Positions 24,849 through 31,718 of a DNA stretch of 31,718 nt are shown piece by piece (positions within the stretch are counted from its first letter, which is position 1; the number at the start of each line of letters is the position of its first letter). Origin of the DNA: a virus; the IMG/VR virus record IMGVR_UViG_2547132060_000002, positions 1-31,718 of that record; one strand, 5' to 3'. Below the pieces are notes generated by a model. That model made no database searches. It saw nothing but the letters and a program-made list of their open reading frames with translations, and was not told where the DNA came from. The translations under genes and the position numbers were made by a program.

Positions 24849-27800
24849 ATGGTATCAGACAATCTCGTGAACATAATCATCAAAATACAAGATGAAGCAA
24901 GTAAAGTTTCACAAAAAGTAGAAGAACAAATGAGCAAACTAGGTGACACAAGCAGAAATGCAATGAACATTTGGTCAAGAGCAGCAGAACAAGTATCACA
25001 ATCAATGGATACAGTTCACAAAGCATTAGACCGAACACGAGAAAAATTCCAAACTTTAAAAAACAAAGGAGCAGATGCCTTTAACATGATAAAAAATGGA
25101 GTTAATTCTGCTGCAACTAGTTTTAACAATTTGATATCAAAATCCAACACTGCAACATTGATGATGGAAAAAATCAAAAGTGTTGGAGAGCGTGTGAAAA
25201 ACACTTTAAACACTATTAAATTACCTTCAAGCTTACAATCAAGCATTTCAAGTGTAACACAAAAATTTGAAACATTAAAAGGTTATGCAGGCAATGCTGC
25301 TGAAAGTATTAAAAATCATTTTACAAGTGCTGCTAGTGCATTATCACAAAAATTCGAAACAGCTAGTAATAGTATTAAAAATCATTTTGAATCTTTAAAA
25401 GGTCATGCACAAATATTAGGCAACCAAATCAACACCACATTAGGCTCAGCTTTTGACAAAGTAGCTTCAAAAGTAACTACTGTATCTTCAACTATCAAAA
25501 CAAAATTATCATCAGCAGTAGACACCGTAAAAGGAAAAGTAGGCCAATTAGCACAAAGTTTTCAAGGAATGGGAGGATTAGTTTCATCATTATTCGGAGC
25601 TTTAGGAATGGCGGGAATAGGTCAATTAACTGTCGGTTTAGCAATGACAAGAGAGCAAATGACTAACTTAATGGGGGCTACTATGGGCAGTACTCAAGCT
25701 GCTAAAAGTTTTGTAGGTGTTATGGACAAAATGACAAATAATTCATTAGTATCTCTCAATGACTTGGGAACTGCTATGAACACTATCAAAATGTCTACAG
25801 GAATGACAAATGATCAAATGAAATCTTTTGTAACTACTGTAAATGATGTAGGTCAAAGAGCAATCCTTATGGGAAAAGATTCTACTGAAGCAATGACCTT
25901 GATGCAAGCAGCAGGTGCTGGACTAAATGGGGAATTTGATATTCTTAAATCTAATTTTGGTATCACAAAAGATAAATTAACTGCTCTTGGTTGGAGTGGG
26001 GCCGCAGATGATGTTAAAGGATATCAGGAAGCATTAGATAAAGCTTTGGCTGCTGGGGGGAATATGGATGATATGATGAACACCACTACTGGTTTAATAA
26101 AACAAGTAGAAAAAGGATTCACATCTGCAGGAAGACAAATAGGTGAAGTATTCGCTCCATTTATTCGTGAAGCTTTACAAGGCATGATTAGCTTAAAAGA
26201 ATCCTCTCCAGAAGTTTACAAGATTTTAATTTTGATTGCAGGAGCAATTAGTTTATTTGCAACTGCTGCACCTTCAATATCTCCAATTTTAAGCACATTT
26301 ACAACATTAACAAGTATTCTTGGAGTTTCCTCTGGGGCATTACTTGGTATTGCAGGATTGCTGATTGTAGTTGGTTTGGCGGTGTATGAAGCAGGTAAAC
26401 AGTTTGGATGGTGGAATAATGCCACCGAAATGATTGGGGCTGTGGCTGATGGAGTACGTCGTTTATGGGAAGCATTTAGTAATTCTCCACAAGTAAAAAT
26501 TCTTATAAATGATATTAAAACAGCATTTCAAGCAGTATTGCTCGTTGTTGGAGCATTAATCTCTCCATTGGGAATGGTTTTGAATCGTAATGATAATGGA
26601 ACAATAGATATTGTATCAAGCATTATTGGATTTTTCAAAGCATACGGTGAAGTTCTCATAAGAATTGGCGAAATATTCGCAGGTTTAATCATTATATGGA
26701 AAACAGGTGCTGCAATATTATATACTTATAGGACAGTTACTGGAATATTTCAGGCATTAAGTGGGCAAATGACTACTTTAACTTCAACTGCTCAAAAAGT
26801 AGTGAATGCTGTGAACAACCTGAAAGGAAAATTACAGCAAATTAAAGGTGGATTTGACACTTTAAAAAATGCAATTACTAATGCAAAAACCACTCTTGTT
26901 AATTTTAAAACGAAATTATCAAATTGGGTTACATCAGGTATTGATTTAGTCAAAGCCAAGTTTGTTGCTCTTAAAGACAAAATAATTCTAGCAAAAACAA
27001 AACTGTTAGAATTGTGGGCTACTATGAAAGCTACAGCTGCTGAAAAAATAGCCGCATTATCCACAAAGTTCAAAACATTAGCAGCAAGCATCAGCCTTGC
27101 AGGAATCAAAGCAAAATTATATGCTGCTTATCAATGGTTAGTGAATGCTGCTACTGCAGTATGGAATGTATTATTATCAATGAATCCCGTAATGCTAATT
27201 GTTATAGCAATTATAGCATTAATTGCAGCATTAGTATATTTGTATAATACAAATGAAACTGTTAGGAATGCGATTAATGGTTTATGGGAAGGCATGCAAC
27301 AATTAGGCCAATATATTTATAATGGTTTGATTCAAGCATGGGATGCTCTTGTAAGTGCATTACAAGGAGTTGCTAGTTTCCTTGATGGATATATTGGTAA
27401 TGCTATTCGTGGAATTATTGCATTATTAAGTGGTGATACTCAGGGAGCATTACAATACTTCACCAGTGCATGGAACACATTAATGGACGCATTAGGTCCT
27501 GTTGGTGATTTCATACAAGGAATATTCTCACCAATAATTCAAGGATTAATGGATTTATTAAGTGGAAATGGGGATGTTAATCCAGTTGAAAGCATTACTC
27601 AAGGATTCCTTTCACTTATGGAGGCATTAGGTCCTGTTGGGGATTTCATAATGGCAGTATTTGCTCCAGCATGGCAACTTGTACTTGATATTGTAACTCC
27701 ATTATTCAATTTATTCATGCAACTGGCAACAATTTTTAGCCAGTTGATTACTGGTCAAATAAGTCTTCAACAAGCAATTGCTTGGGCTTGGGCAGCTATT

Positions 27801-29960
27801 CAATCAACAATCAGCACAATATTATCAAATGTGATTAATCGTGTTGTTAGTTGGGCTCAGTCAATGTGGAATAATGCAGTTAATACTGGTAGAAACTTCC
27901 TTACAGGAGTAGTTCAATTTATCCGACAATTACCTGATAAAATAAAAATGTATCTTTTAGCAGTTGCTGTAAGAGTAATAACTGCTGGTGCTCAATGGGT
28001 AAGTAATGCTAAAACAAAAGCATCACAAGTAGTATCTGGAGTAATGTCATGGATAAAGCAATTACCTCAAAAAGTATACCAAGAATTCATGAATATTGGT
28101 TCAAGAATATTGTCTGCAGGTTCACAATTAGTTGAAAAAGCAAAACAAATTGGTAAAAAAATTGTAGATGGAATGCTTTCAGCTATGGGTATTCATTCAC
28201 CAGGTACAATCCAAGAAAGCGTTGTACTCGAATTTGTAAACATGATTACTCGTGTGAAAGATCAAGCTCGTAGTGCTGGTGAAGCAGTGAAAAATGTTGC
28301 TCAAAATATGATTGATTCCTATAAAAAACAAAATCTTGATAAGGAATTAACTGCACCTGATTTGGTGAATGCTCAAGGAGGTTTCCTTGGTGATCCACTT
28401 GTAGGTACTGCTTTAGATGAGTATGATACTACTCATATTGGTCAGGAAATGGATGTTACTCCTACTATGAATATGGGTGAAAATAATCAAATAATGGATA
28501 ATTATGCATTAATGGGTCAAAATGTTACTGGTATCTTTGATTTGATGAGTACAGATTCAACTAATGCTTTAAACAGTTTGACTTCTGCAAATACTTTAGC
28601 TTATGACACTATAAGTGCTACTGAACAGCAGAAAATGAATTTCATGAGCAATCATATCAGAAATAGTATGAATCAAATCTTGTTAAACACTCGTATGGGT
28701 ATGAATAATGCTTTAAATACTACTCGTACAAGTTTGACAAATATGCAAAACAGTACTACTCGAACTACTCAGGCTATGACTCGTGCTTGGAATACTATGA
28801 AAACTAGTATAATTGCAGCTGCGAATAAAATTAAAACTGATGCAACAGCCCACTTCAATAAATTAAGCAGTACTATCGGAACATTCTACCGCAAACTCCA
28901 AAATCCAAGCAATTGGGGTGCGGGAGGAGGCACAGGTACCCCCTCAAGTGTTCGCAGAGTAGGACATCGCACAGGAACAATGAAAAAAATAAGGGACATT
29001 ATGCGGGAAGAAAAACTTCCTTCAGCAATGACTTATTACCAAGCGAGAAACTCAGCATACAATAATCCAGCAATTGGAGATTATATAATCCGTGATTCCA
29101 CTACTGGAAAAATACCTACTGCAGATTTAATCCGTAGCAAACTTGAAGGGGCTGCGGGAAGCTGGGGAGATACAGTTGCACCTAATGTAAATCACATTAA
29201 AAAGACAGCTGGAAAATGGGATATGAAAGGACCAGCAATAAAAACTGGTGCTGGAATAGCTCAAACTGGATTAGCATTTAAAGTTCGTGATTTTGAAACT
29301 GGAACACCAAACATTAGTTTTGACTCCTTTGTAAAAATGGCAGAAGCAGTATTCAGCATAGTACCCTACGATCATTATTATGATAGTGAAAAATATGGGT
29401 CCTGGCAAAATGCTATTGCTGCTGGAAAATGTAATTGTAGTGATGGAGCAGATGCATTATTAGCCTTAGCTGCAACCTGTGGATTTAGTGGCAGTAAAGT
29501 TCATGGATATTGGGGTAAAGAAGGTCACTTTTGGACAGAAATCAACGGTAAACATATGGATACAACAGCATTCCAAAAAGGTTATGGTTGGAGCAGTCCA
29601 AAAACACATGCTGGACCATCAAGTGTCGGGCATCGTGCTGGAAGAGCCTCTCCAAACAGTTTGCTTGAAGATTTTGATGTTGTTAAAGAATTAAACAAAA
29701 ACAATAATGAATCCAATAAAACGGAAACTAATGAAGAAAACCAAATAATCATCGTATTATCTGGTGAAACAAAACTCAAACACGAGTTCATCGATTTACC
29801 AGACACAGTTTCAGAAGAGGAAATTGTAAGGTTAATAAATGAAGCACCTGAAGATGCAGGTTGGTTAAAATCATTAGTGCAAAATATGGATTTCCAGGAA
29901 TTGGATCGTAAAATTAAATCTAAATTACAATTCCGTGAAAATCGTGCACAAGGAGTATAA
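24849..29960 (+). CDS. Tape measure protein with C-terminal transglutaminase-like Cys-His-Asp peptidase domain
   Basis: 1703 aa, helical repeats with W/F periodicity; NCSD (C1530), GHFW (H1560), MDTT (D1571). Confidence 0.9.
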   Translation: MVSDNLVNIIIKIQDEASKVSQKVEEQMSKLGDTSRNAMNIWSRAAEQVSQSMDTVHKALDRTREKFQTLKNKGADAFNMIKNGVNSAATSFNNLISKSNTATLMMEKIKSVGERVKNTLNTIKLPSSLQSSISSVTQKFETLKGYAGNAAESIKNHFTSAASALSQKFETASNSIKNHFESLKGHAQILGNQINTTLGSAFDKVASKVTTVSSTIKTKLSSAVDTVKGKVGQLAQSFQGMGGLVSSLFGALGMAGIGQLTVGLAMTREQMTNLMGATMGSTQAAKSFVGVMDKMTNNSLVSLNDLGTAMNTIKMSTGMTNDQMKSFVTTVNDVGQRAILMGKDSTEAMTLMQAAGAGLNGEFDILKSNFGITKDKLTALGWSGAADDVKGYQEALDKALAAGGNMDDMMNTTTGLIKQVEKGFTSAGRQIGEVFAPFIREALQGMISLKESSPEVYKILILIAGAISLFATAAPSISPILSTFTTLTSILGVSSGALLGIAGLLIVVGLAVYEAGKQFGWWNNATEMIGAVADGVRRLWEAFSNSPQVKILINDIKTAFQAVLLVVGALISPLGMVLNRNDNGTIDIVSSIIGFFKAYGEVLIRIGEIFAGLIIIWKTGAAILYTYRTVTGIFQALSGQMTTLTSTAQKVVNAVNNLKGKLQQIKGGFDTLKNAITNAKTTLVNFKTKLSNWVTSGIDLVKAKFVALKDKIILAKTKLLELWATMKATAAEKIAALSTKFKTLAASISLAGIKAKLYAAYQWLVNAATAVWNVLLSMNPVMLIVIAIIALIAALVYLYNTNETVRNAINGLWEGMQQLGQYIYNGLIQAWDALVSALQGVASFLDGYIGNAIRGIIALLSGDTQGALQYFTSAWNTLMDALGPVGDFIQGIFSPIIQGLMDLLSGNGDVNPVESITQGFLSLMEALGPVGDFIMAVFAPAWQLVLDIVTPLFNLFMQLATIFSQLITGQISLQQAIAWAWAAIQSTISTILSNVINRVVSWAQSMWNNAVNTGRNFLTGVVQFIRQLPDKIKMYLLAVAVRVITAGAQWVSNAKTKASQVVSGVMSWIKQLPQKVYQEFMNIGSRILSAGSQLVEKAKQIGKKIVDGMLSAMGIHSPGTIQESVVLEFVNMITRVKDQARSAGEAVKNVAQNMIDSYKKQNLDKELTAPDLVNAQGGFLGDPLVGTALDEYDTTHIGQEMDVTPTMNMGENNQIMDNYALMGQNVTGIFDLMSTDSTNALNSLTSANTLAYDTISATEQQKMNFMSNHIRNSMNQILLNTRMGMNNALNTTRTSLTNMQNSTTRTTQAMTRAWNTMKTSIIAAANKIKTDATAHFNKLSSTIGTFYRKLQNPSNWGAGGGTGTPSSVRRVGHRTGTMKKIRDIMREEKLPSAMTYYQARNSAYNNPAIGDYIIRDSTTGKIPTADLIRSKLEGAAGSWGDTVAPNVNHIKKTAGKWDMKGPAIKTGAGIAQTGLAFKVRDFETGTPNISFDSFVKMAEAVFSIVPYDHYYDSEKYGSWQNAIAAGKCNCSDGADALLALAATCGFSGSKVHGYWGKEGHFWTEINGKHMDTTAFQKGYGWSSPKTHAGPSSVGHRAGRASPNSLLEDFDVVKELNKNNNESNKTETNEENQIIIVLSGETKLKHEFIDLPDTVSEEEIVRLINEAPEDAGWLKSLVQNMDFQELDRKIKSKLQFRENRAQGV

Positions 29961-29966
29961 TAAATT

Positions 29967-31718
29967 ATGAAGAAGATAGAAGTAAGACCAGAAAAAGTAA
30001 GGGGTATGGGTAACCTTATCCCTCCTTTATCTGTTTCTGATTTTGAATTAAGTGACTGTATGATTCATGAAGAAGACCCATTTAAAATTAATGGGCATTT
30101 ATTCAATCATTTCAGTATTGATGTACCTGTTGTTCCTGTAAATCTTGTGTTAAGTACGGATGTTGCAACTATTTATCCTGATGCAACTACTCCGAATATT
30201 GCAGTTATAACTGCAACACTTACAGACAGTTCAGGAGCACCTGTTTCTAATGTTGATGTGTATTTTCAAGAGAATAACTCTCGTATTGGTACTGCTTCAA
30301 CAAATGCTCAAGGAATATGTACTTTGGAGTACAGTAGTAGTATTGGGGGAACACATACAATCAGAGCATACACTACAAAACAAGCAAGATATAATAAAAG
30401 TTCAGCTGAAATCAATGTAAATGTATACATACCAACAAGTTTAACTTTATCTCCTGCTTCAAAAACTGTTAATACTGTTGATGTAATGTCTTTAACTTCA
30501 AAAATAACTGACCAAACAGGATTACCAGTACCTAACAAATTAATTAATCTTTATTATTTAGACAAAGTGGTAAAAAGTGCTAGAAGTGATAATCGAGGAG
30601 TAGCTACATTCAATGTAACTTATCCTGAACTGCGTAGTGCAAAAACAAATACTGTTATATCTGTAACTAGCGATAAAACAACCTACTCTGTTGGAGATAC
30701 TGCTATTATAACTGTCACATTAAAAGATGATGATGGAAATCCACTGTCTGGTAAACTTATTACAACTAATATGCACCAAGAAAAAACTACAAATAGTGAA
30801 GGAAAAGCAGTGTTTAATATCTCATATTCATCTGCAGTAACAATATCTTTTAACTGCTCATTTGCAGGGGATTCTAATTATAATGAATCTGCAGCAAGCA
30901 TAAGTTTAGAGTATATTGAAGCAGCACCTGAAATTAACATTTCTGCAGACACTTTAGTTGGTGAAACTGGGGATACAATACAGATAACCGTGTCTGCAAC
31001 AGGAATACCTCCACAAGCCCCATTATATCTTGTAGAAGATGGAAAAGAAACAGTCACATTAGACAGTAAAGCATATCCTGATAAAATGAAGTATACTTGT
31101 ACTGGAGCGGGGGATGTCAAGTTAAAAGTCAAGTGTATATTGGGAACGAATGTTTATTATTCTAATATACTAACTGTGGAGGATTGTTTATTCTATGACA
31201 CTATGACCAGTGAATCAGACAGATGGGTTAGAACAAGCGACATTATCGTAGATATTGATTCAGAAGGTACTAAATTTAGTACAAACAGTAATTCCGAACA
31301 ACAATATAGATTACCAAGCAAATACTTCACTCCACCATACACTATCGAATTCGACTGGGTAGATGGAGGAGGAAACCAAAAAATGGCTTTAGAACTATGG
31401 CCAGATACCAAATATTCTGGAGATACTTGTTGGTATGGGAGTCATTGGGATAGTGGAGCAAACAAATTCATAATCAGTACATATCCTTCAAGCACAAGCT
31501 CAAGTAAAACTGAAGCAAACATAACACGAGATATTAACCCTAATGACCACTTGAAGTTCATTGTAGAACCCAATAATGTCAAATTATACCAAAATGGGGA
31601 ATTAATATTAAGCAAATATCAGAGTAAAACTTGTGATACTCAATATTTCTGTTTTTACACAAACAAAAATAGGATTCAGAAGGTTAAAAACTTTAAAATC
31701 AAACATTATTCTGAATAA
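29967..31718 (+). CDS. Tail adhesin / receptor-binding protein with tandem Ig-like (Big_1-type) repeats and a C-terminal beta-sandwich
   Basis: Repeated T.TLTD..G.P.....(V/I).F......T...G.(A/C).F motifs; distinct roughly 170-aa C-terminal domain after VEDCLFYD; ends at window edge. Confidence 0.75.
   Translation: MKKIEVRPEKVRGMGNLIPPLSVSDFELSDCMIHEEDPFKINGHLFNHFSIDVPVVPVNLVLSTDVATIYPDATTPNIAVITATLTDSSGAPVSNVDVYFQENNSRIGTASTNAQGICTLEYSSSIGGTHTIRAYTTKQARYNKSSAEINVNVYIPTSLTLSPASKTVNTVDVMSLTSKITDQTGLPVPNKLINLYYLDKVVKSARSDNRGVATFNVTYPELRSAKTNTVISVTSDKTTYSVGDTAIITVTLKDDDGNPLSGKLITTNMHQEKTTNSEGKAVFNISYSSAVTISFNCSFAGDSNYNESAASISLEYIEAAPEINISADTLVGETGDTIQITVSATGIPPQAPLYLVEDGKETVTLDSKAYPDKMKYTCTGAGDVKLKVKCILGTNVYYSNILTVEDCLFYDTMTSESDRWVRTSDIIVDIDSEGTKFSTNSNSEQQYRLPSKYFTPPYTIEFDWVDGGGNQKMALELWPDTKYSGDTCWYGSHWDSGANKFIISTYPSSTSSSKTEANITRDINPNDHLKFIVEPNNVKLYQNGELILSKYQSKTCDTQYFCFYTNKNRIQKVKNFKIKHYSE

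Larger units (their letters stand above)
1..31718 (+). mobile_element. Temperate tailed virus / provirus (siphovirus-like Caudoviricetes), probably of a Methanobacteriales host; ends not included
   Basis: Integrase followed by a complete, colinear head-neck-tail module, almost all on the + strand; archaeal-style RBS (GAGGTGA at about 10307, 10727, 18065, 24833); tRNA without encoded CCA. Confidence 0.92.

Noticed and set aside
24990-27660. Internal repeats in the tape measure (QKFET, SIKNHF, ALGPVGDF pairs)
   Set aside because: Ordinary tape-measure periodicity
75-31411. Numerous 60-130 aa minus-strand ORFs in the ORF track
   Set aside because: All overlap well-supported + strand genes, lack RBS or motifs, and read as antisense shadows
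31180-31718. DGR variable region in the adhesin tip
   Set aside because: I saw no reverse transcriptase and no adenine-mismatched template repeat in the window; cannot exclude one downstream

Overview
The window is most of an AT-rich temperate tailed virus (provirus-like, long-tailed siphovirus layout). The host is most likely a pseudomurein-walled methanogen (Methanobacteriales). This host call is an inference from GAGGTGA ribosome-binding sites, a tRNA without encoded CCA, a TFB-like Zn ribbon, Ig-like adhesin repeats and a transglutaminase-like Cys-His-Asp domain. Gene order: tyrosine integrase; exported protein; divergent AbrB-type regulator (missing from the ORF track) with a repeat-rich switch region; early small ORFs, ERF, SWIM and RHH genes; a palindrome array (origin candidate); ASCH and hypothetical genes; TFB-like Zn ribbon; tRNA-Ser(GCT) plus a decayed tRNA; holin-like genes; TerS, TerL, portal; a 1103-aa MuF head protein; three small genes; XkdF-like protease/scaffold; MCP; neck; tail tube; tail chaperones; tape measure; Ig-repeat adhesin. 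The best candidate for an undescribed system is the MuF protein fused to a HExxH metallopeptidase and an R-S-E ADP-ribosyltransferase, followed by a candidate immunity cassette that includes a duplicated, frameshifted paralog. All protein calls come from motifs and gene order read by eye; no database search was run. The att sites and the right end of the virus lie outside the window.
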